Source: Felis catus (Eukaryota). From it: DNA of 64,000 nucleotides. The DNA lies in assembly GCF_018350175.1 (NCBI RefSeq), contig NC_058368.1:41294001-41358000 (forward strand). Direction: 5' to 3'. This document shows positions 12,425-25,906 of this stretch, piece after piece; within the stretch, counting starts at the first letter, position 1, and every line of letters starts with the position of its first letter. The notes under the pieces are model-generated. The model saw nothing but the letters and a program-made list of their open reading frames with translations. It was not told the origin of the DNA and did no database searches. The translations under genes were made by a program, and so were the position numbers.

Positions 12425-13130
12425 AGAGGTTCCTAAAAACATTAAAATAGAACAACCATGTGATCTGGCAACCCCACTTCTGGGCATATATCCAAAAGAA
12501 ATGAAAACAGAATCTCCAGTAGACACCTGAGCTCTTATGTTCGTTGTGACATTATTCTCAATAGCTAAGATATGCAAACAACTTCTATGTCTATTAACGG
12601 ATAAAATGGATAAGGAAGATGTAGTGTATATATGTATGGTGGAATATTATTTATCCATGAGAAAGAAAGAAATCCTGCCATTTGTGTCAACATGGACGGA
12701 TTTTGGGGGCAGTTTTGAAGTGAAATAAGTCAGATACTCGAAGACAGTTCCTGCATGATCTCACTTAACTGTGGAATCCAGAAAAGCCGAACTTGTAGAA
12801 GCAGAGAATAGAATGGTGGTTACCAGGGACTGGAGGGTGAAGGAACCAGGGAAATGGTGGCCAAAGAGAACAAACTTGACGTTAGAAGATGAATAAGTTC
12901 TGGGATCTAATGTGATTATAGCTAACGGTATTTCATTATATCTGAAAAGTTGCTAAGGCATTAGATCTTAAATGTTCTCACCACAGAAAAGAGATGATAA
13001 TTGTGTGACATGATGGAGGTGTCAGCTCATATTATAGGGGTAATCATATCCCAGCATAAGCATATCAAATCAACACATTGTGCACCTTAAACTTACACAA
13101 TGTCATATGTCAATTATATCTCAATAAAAA
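12425..13130 (+). mobile_element. LINE-1 3' fragment (L1MA-like), apparently inserted into a MIR-like relic
   Basis: ORF2 C-terminal peptide 'KKEILPFVSTWTD'; 3'UTR ending tgcaccttaaacttacacaatgtcatatgtcaattatatctcaataaaaa; MIR-like flanks at ~12260-12415 and ~13130-13210. Confidence 0.9.
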
Positions 13131-15689
13131 CTATGGTTCTAATATTTAAATAGGATGATCTACATGAATGTGCTTCTTATACAATATAGCACTATATAAG
13201 CAGATTATAGTACTGTTTGCACCTAACGCCTCCCAGCCCTCCCCGCCCCACATCGGTGCCACAGTCCATGTCCTTTTTTTAGCTGTGAAAACTGCTTAGG
13301 AAACTGTCACTCAGCAGCTGCAAAGACTGCCAGCACTAAACCAATTTGATAGAAGGATCCAAGAGGGGAGAGGACAGAATATTTTCTTTCCTTCTGCAGT
13401 TCTAGTTATAAAGCCTAGATATAAAAGGAGAGAACCATTGTGGTATGGCATATGAATTTTAAGATGCTTTCATTGGGTTCATTCATATTCTAGAGTGGTG
13501 TCCTCAAGAGTTTTTACCACCTTAGAAAGTAAAAAATATATATATTGTCTTTCTTTTTAAAAAATATTAAAAGGAATATGTCATCGTTACAAAGATGGGT
13601 TATTATAGTCATTGATCATGTAACTACATAGATAAGATTCTGGACTTATTCGCAGCTGGCTACAAACCAACCAGCAACTCCATGTTTGATATATAGATGA
13701 AGTGAGATTGCTTTAAAACGAATGCAGAATTTATTTGTAGTGCACAATTTATTAGCATGCATGAAGATGAATTAGAACCTGCAAGCTATATTAAATTTAA
13801 TGCACGAGAAAGGGAAGTAATGAATTACTTGAAAATCATTTTAAAGCATCATTGCTAATGCAGCTGCTGAACTGCAATAGTACTAACTGCCGAGACAAAT
13901 ATTATTGAACCTGCCAGAGTCCCCAAACTGTGTTTTACACAATTCCTTAAAGAATATAAGCAAAGGCGTTTGACTCTCAGCTTCATGTATAAATACAGCG
14001 TGAAAGTATATGCTCCGTATCTTAAAAAAAGAAAAAAAGAATTTCAGTAATTTAAGATTCCCATAACAGAATTCTTATGCTAATGGTTAAAACAAAAGTT
14101 GCTTTTAATTTTCAGAGGGATGGAACATGGAATTTATTAACTTCATATTTCTGATGGATGAAAGAAAATGTAATAAATGAAGAGATGAGCCTGAAACTGC
14201 CCTCACCCGGCTTTATTTAGCGTCGGTGTTCAGTTAGCTGACTTCACTATCTGGAACCTAATATTGCACTGGCTCAGCCTTTTAGTGTGCACTAAATCCT
14301 AGCCGCATAAAAGTGAAGCTAAATAGTATTTACAGGTCTTTTTCATACAAAGTGCAAACCAGCATTCCATTTATAATCCTATAAGAACACTTTGTAATCT
14401 GCATACCAATGCAGTGCAAATAACACATTTACTTTAGAAATGAGCATAATTAGATTATATAGATCATAGCTGAATTAGACTGAGTGACCTTTTGTTAGCA
14501 TTCTCTGATAACTCAAGAAAATTTTACTACTTGGCTGCCTTTTCTCTTTTAATCCAAATGATCCGTTTTTTGGCATGAGCTCTAAAATCTTCAGAATCTT
14601 TCACAGTTTGGTGTCTGGGAAGGTTTTTTTTCTTTCCCAGCAGGAGGGCGTTGTAGTGTTGAACACTCAGAGTTGGAGTAGATGTTATCTTACATACGCT
14701 TGAGATGAGGAGAAACATAAAATACAAAATGAAGGGTGATATAAAAATGATTTATAATAGGGTTTAGTATGGTTTTTGTAATTACATTTTTAATTAATAT
14801 TTTTGAGGATGTGCTTTATTTTTTATGCATAATTTAAATCAAATTGATATATATTACAGAGTTCAAGCCTGGTTTTTCCACTTAACAATACGTCAGAAAT
14901 TTTGCTTTAGGTGATTAAATGTTTTCTAGTCTGAGATAGATTTGTGTACCTACTATGGTCTCAGACGTTAGGATAAGTGGCGATGGCCACATGTTTGTTT
15001 CAAAGAATTTTCCTCCTGGAATGCAAATGGTAATCAAAGAAAAGGGAGATACAGTGATAACAACAACATAAACCAGTTATTCCAAAAGTAAATCTCAGCT
15101 CCTTCTAATTAAGGAAATACAAGTGTATTAAGAGCCATTTATAATCTTAACACATTTCTAGGTCCTCCCCGTAAGCACAAATCTATATAAAGGAGGCATG
15201 CGTTTCTGCATGTATGTCACTGACAAGGACTCTTGTCCCCTCAGGATAATGGAGGGTTACATGTACAGCATGGATCTATCCATCCCTCTATTCTTCCACC
15301 AGGCAAATTCAAAAGCTTAAGTAAAACAACACAAAGACAGTTTGGGAGACTACCTTCAAGATTATTTTTGGGTTTTAAAACTCTACTTCCATGAGAGAAA
15401 ATTTGTTTCCAGGTCTTTGCTCAGAAATCAATCTCAGGAGAGTGAAAGAACATCATTTGTTTAGGTAAAACAGACCATAGTTATAGGATGGTACAGGGCT
15501 CTAATAAATAGGAATGTTTACTTAATTAAAAAAAACAAAACAAAACAGAATATGGGCTGCTTCAGAGTCCTAAATCACAAAATATATAATAGCTGCATAT
15601 AAAGCTGTGTATATCTAGATGTCAGTAGATACATGAATAAACAAAACAGAGAATTATCAGTTTTCTGTCCTTTTGCTCCCCACCCCATT

Positions 15690-16390
15690 TGATCCCTGAT
15701 GTTCATTCAGTCTTAAAATATATATCGTGAATTTTCTTTGACACCATTGTAGCCCAAGCTACCCTAAGAGCTCTTATAAAGCTGCTTTTAATGGATCTCC
15801 TGCTTCCAATTCTTGTAATGTTCAATCAATTCTCTACACTTCAGCTAGAGCAATGTTTTTAAAAAATAATATGCTCTTTTAATTTTAAGAATCAAATGCA
15901 TTTCCATCACCCGATATGAAAATGTAATCCCAGTCATATAGTCATATAAATATGACCATTCCTCACCCTACTCTTGTCTAGAAACACCAGTCTCTTTTCC
16001 GTTCTCTGAACACAAACTTTTCTCTTCCTCTAGGTCTTTGCATTATTTACACCCACAAACTGAAAAGTTACTCCTTCACAACCTGGCTTTTTGGATTCTT
16101 CAGATCTCAGTAAAACTGTCACCTTATGGAGGCTGTTTTGTACGTCCTTACCAAAAGTGTCTTTTTCCACTTCAGTTGTTATCCTATCATTTGGATTTTT
16201 GTTATTCCTTCACAGCACTCGTCCCAGTCTCTAATGATCATATTTATTGCCTTGCTTATTGTTTATTTCTTGCAATAGTACATGCAGATGAGTAGGGTCA
16301 TTCACTTCCTAGTTCACCTTTTTATTTTTGTACCTGCATAGTACCTAACGTGTAGTAGCCAGGCAGCTGAGTGCTGAGTGAATGTGTTGT
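15690..16390 (+). mobile_element. L2 LINE 3' relic
   Basis: atctcctgcttccaattctt...caattctctacacttcagctagagcaatgtttttaaa and an end resembling the L2 3' tail (...gagtgaatg). Confidence 0.55.
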
Positions 16391-18534
16391 ACAGCTGGTA
16401 GCAAGGGGAGGGGAGTACAATCCAATCTGGGGTGCGTATGGATCCATTTGGCTTCTGCTTAAGATTATAATTAGATATACACAAGAGACACGTTCCACAA
16501 AATGTGCTTATTTTATATCTCCTGGCTGTAATAAAATTGCAGAAATGATTTCTGTAGCTCATGAATTTGAATATTTAAACTTTTTAAAAATTGCATTGAA
16601 TCTTTTTGTCCCTAGCATCTGTATCCCTTCACCTTCTAATTCTTTGAGTCCTATTCTGGAACTTTTCCTTTTTTTTCAGTTGGATCTATCGATTGAAACT
16701 TATCTCTAGTCCTATATCCTTCATCCTTATCTTTCTACACTGCTAACCTCGATGAATTTACCCATGCTTATGACTCCATCTATTACATTTATATTGAAAA
16801 CCACTTGTCCAATTTTGATCTTTTACGTGCACGACCATAACCTAACACTTGAAATGTGGCATGATTTAGATAATGGACTTTTATCTCAGTCTTGCAAGAT
16901 TAAAAAAATCAACTTTCTTCTTTAAATTTCTTTCTCTTTACAGATTTCCTGTTTCTTTTATTGATATGTCCGAGTCTGGAAATCTTGGACTCATCTTTAA
17001 ATCAATATTCTTTATTTTTATCTCTTTTGCTTTGTTTGCTCTTAGTATTTCCTTCATAATCTTTCTTGGACTTATCCTTTATATTTCTTTTCCCATGGCC
17101 TTCACTGTAATCCCTTAAATAACTATAAATATTTTCTATCCAGCTCACTGGCTCCAGATTCCTTTCACTATCCGCCACTGCCAGATTATAGTTTTAAAAG
17201 ACATTTTTCATCATATTTACTCCCACACAAGAACCCGGAGTGGTTTACAGTAATCTGTGTGAAAATAACACACACTCACACACACACTTCCCAAATCACT
17301 CTTCTTAAAACCTTTCAATAAATTTGACTTTTTGAAAAACTTTTTAAAATTTTATTTTCTTAGCAACAATGAAACAGATTCTCCTTCATATCATTCAATG
17401 TGTTAATGTAGAGCTTCAAATTCTACAGCTAAACTCCAATATTTCCATTCATTCTCTTTCTACTCCATGATGAGGTTATTCTCTTTAGATTCAAACTCTC
17501 TCATAACTTGTATCATGAATATTATTACCTGAATATGTATGTCTTGTGGATATATTTACTTTTATACTTTTACTCATGCTTATTGATGAAAACATTTTAC
17601 ATATCCTCAGAGATTAAAGTTGAAAAGTGGTTTATACTTCTAAATTCAAGTAGTAAATAAAACTTAGTTATTTTTAATAGAAAATACTAATATTCAAAAA
17701 AGTATGACTACATTCTACATTTAACAATTCTTATACACCTACACTGACATAACCATTACTCCAAGTCAAAAGTGATACAGATATTTTTAAAAACACTTTG
17801 AGACAAACTTTATTCATCTTTTTACATAAGGAGATGTTTAAAACTTCTGATGAAGTGAAAACAGGATATAATGAAAATGTTTTAAAATGTTTTTACATTT
17901 TAGAATTTATCGTCATCATCATCATCATCATCTCTCTCAAAATAAATGTTTTATAATTGTTCTTAAGACTATATATAACAATTTTGATAAATTTATATTG
18001 GTGGGAAAATGAAGAATATCAATCAATAAGTAATAAATCCTGTAATTCTGCACTGCATTCATTTTACACCTAAGACTGTTAAAATGTCTTTGATTCTGCA
18101 ATACAATTTTGAAATATTTCATTTCCATAAAGCTGCTCAAGACAGCAGAGACAAATAGTTTATAAAATGTTCCTAGTTAGGAATGCTGCTTTCTCTTCAT
18201 TTTGACACATCTAGGGCATGCAATTATTCACAAAGGTCACTTTCTAAAGAAGAAAAAGAACAATGACCAAAGGCAGCATTTAGGTTTCAAATAGACTATG
18301 ACAATTTAATCAATGACAAACTCCCAATGTCAAGAACCATCTTATTTCTAGGTAGACAGAGAATGACATTTCATCAGAACTAAGTACAATTGCCCACATT
18401 AAAAACTAGCCCAAAAAATTACTATGAACACTAAGAGCAAGATTTAGAGGGGAAAAAAAGAGATACAAAGTTATTGTAAGTTTAAATATGAATGTAACTT
18501 TCCTTTTTTACTGGCATTTTAAAAGTGTCTTATT

Positions 18535-18757
18535 GGGGTGCCTGGGTCACTCAGTAGGTTAAGCATCTGACTTCAGCTCAGGTCATGATCTCACAGTTCG
18601 TGAGTTCAAGCCCTGTGTCGGGCTCTGTGCTGAGAGCTCAGAGCCCGGAGCCTGCTTCAGATTCTGTGTCTCCCTCTCTCTCTCTCTGCCCCTCCCCCGC
18701 TCATGCTCTGTCTCTCTTACTCTCAAAAATAAATAAATGTTAAAAAAATAAAAAAAA
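18535..18757 (+). mobile_element. Can-SINE
   Basis: SINEC head, body and tail; TSD core tgtcttatt at 18526-18534 and 18758-18766. Confidence 0.97.
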
Positions 18758-19054
18758 TGTCTTATTATGAATTAAATTATGCTTATAATCTTAAGGAGAC
18801 ATAAAATTCAAAGCTAGAGAGAATAAAATTTACCACTTTGCTCCCCACAAAACACACTTTTCAACTTTGTGTTACAATTAATTGACTGAGAAATGTAATG
18901 TGGTAAGATGCCCTTTCACCTGATTTCCCCTCCCCCAAAGTCAAAACAATGTCCTAAACGATGTATGAAATGCATTTTAAATTGTTGTGAGATGTAGCCT
19001 AAGAATACCTTTCTAGAAATATTCCAGGATGCCAACTTTTGTATTAGTTTTTTT

Positions 19055-19286
19055 ATTTTTATTAATTTATTTATTTTTTTTAACGTTTATTTATTTTTGA
19101 GACAGAGAGAGACGGAGCATGAATGGGGGAGGGTCAGAGACAGAGAGGGAGACACAGAATCGGAAACAGGCTCCAGGCTCTGAGCTGTCAGCACAGAGCC
19201 CGACGAGGGGCTCGAACTCACGGACCGCAAGATCATGACCTGAGCCGAAGTCGGAAGCTTTACCGACTGAGCCACCCAGGCGCCCC
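19055..19286 (-). mobile_element. Can-SINE (young, CpG-rich)
   Basis: Reverse complement of ggggcgcctgggtggctcagtcggt...; imperfect TSD tgtatt(a/t)gtttttt. Confidence 0.97.
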
Positions 19287-22282
19287 ATGTATTTGTTTTT
19301 TTAAAATAAAATTACTCAGCATTATCAATCAGTAGCCATAACCACTTCAAGCGATGAAAATATCTAGACTATAATTGGTATTAATACTGACGTAGGAGAC
19401 TGCCATTCTTAAAAAATTTCAACTCTCTCACTTAATTTCTTTTCCTTAAAATAAATATAGCAATACCTTAATACACATGAGGCTTTGAGATGATTCAGTA
19501 ACACTCTCTATGTAAGCCCTAGAAATGTTTTAGACATATATTGTGCAATAAATATTTTTAATGAGTTACTCATTATTCCATGCTTATTTCCTATTCTGCA
19601 AAACGTGTATCCTCATTTCTATGAGATATTCTTGGCTCTTTCTGTGAAATACCAAAACAGGAAGGCATTGTGATAAGATATTCACATAACTGTTGTTCAC
19701 ACACTTGCAAATCAATATTGTAGGAGAGAAGCAGAATGATACAATGAACCTGATTTCCAATGGAAATAGTTAATCCAACCATCATGTGACAGCAGAGGCA
19801 TATTATGATGAGGATTTCATTTCTGAACCAGGTAGTATAGTATTAGAAACTGGAAAGTTGTAGAATAAAAAGATTTATATTTTATATATTTCTGCAAGCT
19901 GAAATGCCTGTATCAATTTGGCTAAGTCATAAAATTTTCATTTCATGTTAAAAAAAAAAGAGTATGTTATAGGTAATCATAATTGGGAGAACAGCATGCT
20001 CACTCTCCCCAGACTGCTACTTACTAGGTATGCATACGTATCAAAGACTACATAATTAAGAGGGGAGGCTAAATTAGCTGTGAAACTTATAGTTGATATA
20101 ACTGAGCTAGTTTTAATTGCAAATATTTGCAAGAATATCTGAAAAAAAATAACCATTAAGAAAAGAAACTATTTTGTACGAATAGATTACTCTTTGTTCA
20201 GTGGGGATGAAAAAAAGAGAATGAAAACAATTGAAAAAATAGATTAAGCACAATAATAATCAAACCTCACATATCAGATTCCTTTAAGAGCTGTTATATG
20301 TCAATGTTTCAGTTTTACTAATCTTCATCACATTCTTCCATATTTAAATGTCCAAGATCTTTTTGTTTCACTCACCCACCTGACCACCATAAGTCTCTTC
20401 CTGTTGATCTCCTTTTTCGGCACTCTGCTATCCTTTACTGGAAAGTATCCTGAGATTGCTAAGTATGAAATTAGGAGTGATGACTTTGAATTTCGGAAAA
20501 GGCTCTCAGTAAACTAATTTCCCTAAATAAGCTTCAAACTCTATATACCTACAAATGTTTATTTTGTGTGCATATGTATGGAAAGGAAGATACCTGTTTA
20601 ATATGATGAGCATAGAAAGCAAATCTAAATAATTAGGAAGGTAAAGCAAATAGGTGCTTAATTTTGTAACCAGTGGAACAAATATATAAGTGGCGCATTT
20701 TGAGGAAAAAAATTCTAAATACTAGTTATTGTCACTAATACACCTTAACAAATAATTACTATAGTTTACCTTATTTGTGTTGTGTGTATAGAGCTGTGGC
20801 TTTGTGTGTAGGTATTATGTGGTAAAATCCATAAATTCTGTCTAAAGTCCCTTGCAAATCTTAGGTGTGTTTATTTCTAAACTCCTGATTAGAAAGTGAG
20901 TTTGACTAAATAATTCTTCAATGTCTTTTTTTTTTCAATTTGAAAACAAGACTTACAAGATATTTTATAAAATTTTAAAATCTAAGTCATTGGAATCTTT
21001 AGTAAATATTCTGATCTATTTACAGTAAATGTGTTGTAGATTTTACAAAATGTAACCAACATCAATGGCATATAATTTTTCACCAACCTAATTTATCACT
21101 TACACATGACATCAGGCTATATTTAGACAGTATAAAAAAGATTGAAAAATCTATTTGCACCTGTATTGGTTGTAGAATCCCCACAATAAGCCTGGAGTTT
21201 CTCAATGATGCAAACATGAAGCACAAACTCTTCCATTATATACAACTACTCCATACCATTAAAATAATAAATTCCTATAGTTTTTTTTTCTTAATAGCAA
21301 TACAACAAACTAAAGAGTATCATTAATGCGCAATATCCTAGGTCAGCTTTATGCTCAAGGAGAATAGATAAAAACTTAGTGTTAACTCAGAAAAGTCCAA
21401 AGGAAGTTTTATTGTTGAAGTTAATTCTTTTATCTTTAGGCTCTGATCCCTATTAAGATTCAAAGACCCCTGGGAGAAGGGACACTTTATCAACTATAAT
21501 TCATTAAGGGAATAAAATGTCTGAAATCTAAAAGGCAATGGAGACATGGGAATAAGGTGTTGGTAGAAAGAGTTTAAAAAATAGCAAAACATGAGAACAA
21601 AATCACATTTAGTTTTTTTTCAGGTATTTAGAAAAAGAAAAAAAATGAGCATACTGACCTTTGAAACAGAGATAAATATGCTGGCCTTCAGAATTTGCCA
21701 CTGTGCTGAACTATGTACAACTGACCCATTTCAATATTTCCCTGTATATGAGTAGTGAACACTAATGTCTCTTGATGCTTCTTTCATGATATCCTGAGGT
21801 TTTTATTTTCACCTTTGCCAAGATTAAACCAGAAATGGAAGATAATGATAATGGAGAAACAAGGAGTGAGATTCCAATACATGCATGCATGGAATGCATA
21901 ATATGACTTAGAAGATCCACCCAAGAATATTAAATAGAGCACTGATTATAGGATAAAATTACTTCTAGACACTGGCGATACAAATTTGATTAATTTTGGT
22001 GATTGGGTTCCAATTACAGTTCAGAGGATTCTAATGCTAACATAAGAAGACTCTAACCTGTTCATTTTAGCCTGAAAGGGGTCCTTCATTCACCCTGTAA
22101 ATCATGTTATTTCCATTAGTAGATAAAAATACACATTATTACTGTACAATCATTAAGTTATGTACCTCAAACCATATGTGTTTAATTTCAATTTCCTGAT
22201 AAAATACTGATTGCCATACAAGGTAAATAATTCACTAAAAATATGTTTCAAAATGTCTAATAAGTGTGATAATGGCTTGCCT

Positions 22283-22357
22283 TTTTCCCCTTTTGTTCGT
22301 TTATTTTGTTTCTTAAATTCCACGTATGGGTGTGACCATATGGTATTTGTCTTTCTC
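22283..22357 (-). mobile_element. Very short L1 3' fragment
   Basis: ttttgtttcttaaattccacgtatgggtgtgaccatatggtatttgtctttctc = L1 ORF2 end / 3'UTR start. Confidence 0.7.
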
Positions 22358-22469
22358 AAATAATGAGCTTTTATTTTAACCAAGGTTAAAAAAAAGATGT
22401 ATTTTTCTTTTTAAAATTCCCTTATTTACATTTATTTTAATATTTCCTTATTCTATTTACTTTGATATT

Positions 22470-23820
22470 AATAGTCTCTTCTTTGATCTTCCTAAGGAGT
22501 TATACTTGATCATTAACTTTTATACCTATATTCTTTTCTGAAATAGGCATTTGAAACTATAAAATTTCATTTAAGCACTGGCTTGTCTGCATTTCACAAA
22601 TTTTTCTATCTTTCCACTGTCATTTAAACGTTTAAAAAATTTCTTCTTAATTATTTCAATGATGAATTATTTAGAAATATATTATTTTATTTTTAAATAT
22701 TTAGGATTTTTAAGATATTTACCTGTTATTGGCTTTGAATTTAGCATAATTTTGATCACACAGTGTATTCTGTATTATTTCAATCATTTGTAATTTATTG
22801 ATGCTTATTTTATGGCTCAGATTTAAGTGAATGTTTCATATGCATGTACAAAGAACTATGCATTCAACAGTTGTCACAGTATTCTGTAATTGTCATTTAG
22901 GTTAAACTGATTAATAGTATTGTTCTAATCTTTTATCTTCTTGATTTTTTCTTGGGCTAATTGGTCTATCAGTCTCTGAGACAAGGCTCTCAAAATTGCA
23001 AAATATTCTCGTGAATTCTTCCTGCAGTTGTCAGTTTTTGTTCTGAAGTGGTTTTATTATTGTTTACACATTTAATATTATTATAACTTGAAGTAACTCC
23101 TTTATATCATGAAACGTTCCTCTTTTATTTGGCCATGATGTTTGTTAATGTTTACTTTGTGTGATATCAATGTAGTTATATCAGCTTTCTAATGCTTAAT
23201 GGGCTTGCATGGCATATTTTTCTGTCCTTTTACTTCTAACCATTTTATTCTCAACATTTAAAATATGGTTAAAGAGCATGTGATTCCGTATTTCTTATTA
23301 TCAATCTTTGCCTTTTAATTTGTGTGTTTTGTCCATTTACAGTAAAAGTGATTGTTAATATTGTTGGGTTAAAGTCTGTCTTCTTGTTATGTGCACTTAT
23401 TGGTCTGATTCTCTGTTCCTCATTCCTATCCTTCTTTCCAGTGAATCAAAATTTTTAATACCTTAATACCTTTAATACTTTAATACCTTTAACTGTCCTA
23501 TTGATATTGATGTCTTAGCTTTATTTTTGTTATATTTTAGCTGTTGTTCTAGATAGTGGATCAAATACCTTCAAGTCATTAAATTATTCCAGAATAATCT
23601 GTATCCCGAACAATGTAAGAATCTTACTTCAGTTTAAATTCACTTACTCCCTTCCTACTTTTTGTGCTCTTGTCCCGTATCTCAATTCTACAGAACAATC
23701 ATCTCATGACAACCAATATTTAACAATGTAAATATATCTATTTATAAATAACAATCTAATTAAAAGTCTTATTTATTTACCCACAAATTTGCATTTCCAT
23801 TACCCTTTTTTAAACTTTTC
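22470..23820 (-). mobile_element. Ancient L1 relic (ORF2 endonuclease-side region)
   Basis: gcatttgaaactataaaatttcatttaagcactggcttgtctgcatttcacaaattt and tgtagttatatcagctttctaatgcttaatgggcttgcatggcatattttt are diverged L1 ORF2 antisense motifs. Confidence 0.7.
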
Positions 23821-24603
23821 ATTTGTATGTACAACTTTTCATACAAACAATCTCAAAATGATCACACTACTCAACTCTATGGAAACAAAGTCTTCTTGTA
23901 ATCTTTGTGAATGACAACCTTTAGTAATGTGCCTTGAAAATCTTGTATGATCTTATAGGGTGTGACTGTATTCTCTAAACATTATTTAACATGCTTTTTA
24001 AATTTTCTTCTTTGACTATTTCCAAACTCATTACCTTAAACTTATTTTTGCCTCAGTATTTCTCTCATTTTATGTTAGCCATTGCCAATATACCTTCTGA
24101 CTTTAGAGTACTTCTGTAGTATGTAGAGAAAAACATAAACATTAAATTAGTATCTGAAAACTTAATTTTTCTAAGTCGTATTTTTATCTGTGATTGTGTA
24201 TAATTAAAGACAAATGATAAAAGACTTACCAGGTCAGGAGTTTTACATCATACAAGAAGAGTGTCTAAATAGATATAAAAATGTGAATAAATCAGCAGTG
24301 TTATTATTTATCAGGTGCAATTTATCCAAGTTGGAAGAATTTCAGTAGGGATAGCAAAGCTGAAGATGCTTCCAAATTATAGTTATAAAAGGAGTATATC
24401 TGGAAGATAACTTATATCAGGAAATAAAATGGTGGACAGAAGACATAAATAGCCTTCTATGGTAAATAATATATTTTGGAAAAATTAATATGCATAGTTT
24501 TTATCACCTTTGAGGTTTTGTAAATTGAAATTTGTCAGTATGTAGTCTTTATGTCTGTATGTTACCTTACAGGTAATCCATCAGTTAAAAAAAATCAGTT
24601 CTT

Positions 24604-24628
24604 AAAAAAAGAGAAGGAAAGAAAGAAA

Positions 24629-24672
<44 letters not shown>

Positions 24673-24764
24673 AAAAGAAAGAAAGAAAGAAAGGAAAAGG
24701 AAGGAAGGAAGGAAGGAAGGAAGGAAGGAAGGAAGGAAGGAAGGAAGGAAGGAAGGAAGAAAGA
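24604..24764. repeat. Polypurine microsatellite (GAAA)n then (GGAA)n
   Basis: ~160 bp of A/G only, read directly. Confidence 0.98.
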
Positions 24765-25260
24765 TATTCTATAGTATACATACATAACACTGGACTCAGG
24801 TCAATCTGAAGTTCAAGCCTAAAGCTATGTTGAAGAGGTAACTATAGCAACAGCTGTAATCAAATAAGAAATGGAGAAAGTTTGCTATTCACTTCTTTGC
24901 CAGCTTTGTAGCTATTTTAATGCTTCCCCCCCCCCCCCCAGAAAATGTAAATATAAGGTCAAATTAATTCGTGAGTATATCAAAGTTTATCTAAGAGTTA
25001 AATTAATACTTTCCTTCAGAGACACAAGTAAATTTGTTCTAATGCATTACAGATGAAACAGTTTAAAATGAAGTGAAAATTTCTTTTTTCAAAAATGCCG
25101 TTAACTGCTGCCTTATTTCTTCTCAGGTTTAATTTTTTTTTTCTAACTCAGAAAACATAGACTATTTCATAAAAGAAGAAAAAACACATAACATTTAAAA
25201 ATGTTATTCCTAGGAACCATTATTAAAAACAAAACTTTACTTAAAAAATAACTATTATCA

Positions 25261-25470
25261 GGGCACCTGGGTGGCTGTCGGTTAAGCATTAAACTTCGGC
25301 TCAGATCACGATCTCACAGTTCATAAGATAGAGCCCCATGTCGGCTCGGTGATGGCAGGTCAGAGCCTGAGCCTGCTTTGGATTCTGTGTCTCCCTCTCA
25401 CTCTCTGCCATTTCCCCGCTTGTGCTCAGTCTCTCTCTCAAAAAAAAAAAAAAAAAAAAAAATTAAAAAA
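25261..25470 (+). mobile_element. Can-SINE
   Basis: gggcacctgggtggctgtcggttaagc head, (CT) body, poly(A) at 25440-25462. Confidence 0.95.
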
Positions 25471-25682
25471 ACCCTAATATTTGTTTATACCGATATTTAA
25501 AATAAGATTTAAATCATCCTTCCTTCAGATCATTCCATTGCAATCTATACAAATAGGTTGAAAATATGTGAAAGTTTTTGGAAATAGAAATAATTGGTGT
25601 ACATAGTCATATATCATCCCAAATGTAATTACTGAGATCTTTTCTAAACTTGAAAATATGTCCTATTGAAAAGGAATAACTT

Positions 25683-25906
25683 GGGGCGCCTGGGTGGCGC
25701 AGTCGGTTCAGCCTCCGACTTCAGCCAGGTCAGGATCTCGCGGTCGGTGAGTTCGAGCCCCGCGTCGGGCTCTGGGCTGATAGCTCAGAGCCTGGAGCCT
25801 GTTTCCGATTCTGTGTCTCCCTCTCTCTCTGCCCCTCCCCCGTTCATGCTCTGTCTCTCTCTGTCCCAAAAATAAATAAACGTTGAAAAAAAATTTAAAA
25901 AAAAAA
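25683..25906 (+). mobile_element. Can-SINE, young felid subtype
   Basis: ggggcgcctgggtggcgcagtcgg...cagccaggtc; perfect 14-bp TSD gaaaaggaataact at 25668-25681 and 25907-25920. Confidence 0.98.

Noticed and set aside
14527..14727. Minus ORF ending ...VKDSEDFRAHAKKRIIWIKREKAAK* as a possible terminal exon; strong plus-strand acceptor ttttttttctttcccagcag at ~14640
   Set aside because: No recognisable protein and only a weak minus-strand acceptor; all three plus frames after the acceptor stop within ~21 codons; no partner exons found. A non-coding exon cannot be excluded.
24551..24790. Lys/Glu/Arg-rich or Phe/Leu/Ser-rich ORFs (also 50629-51007, 56815-57061, 10890-11129)
   Set aside because: Translations of microsatellites
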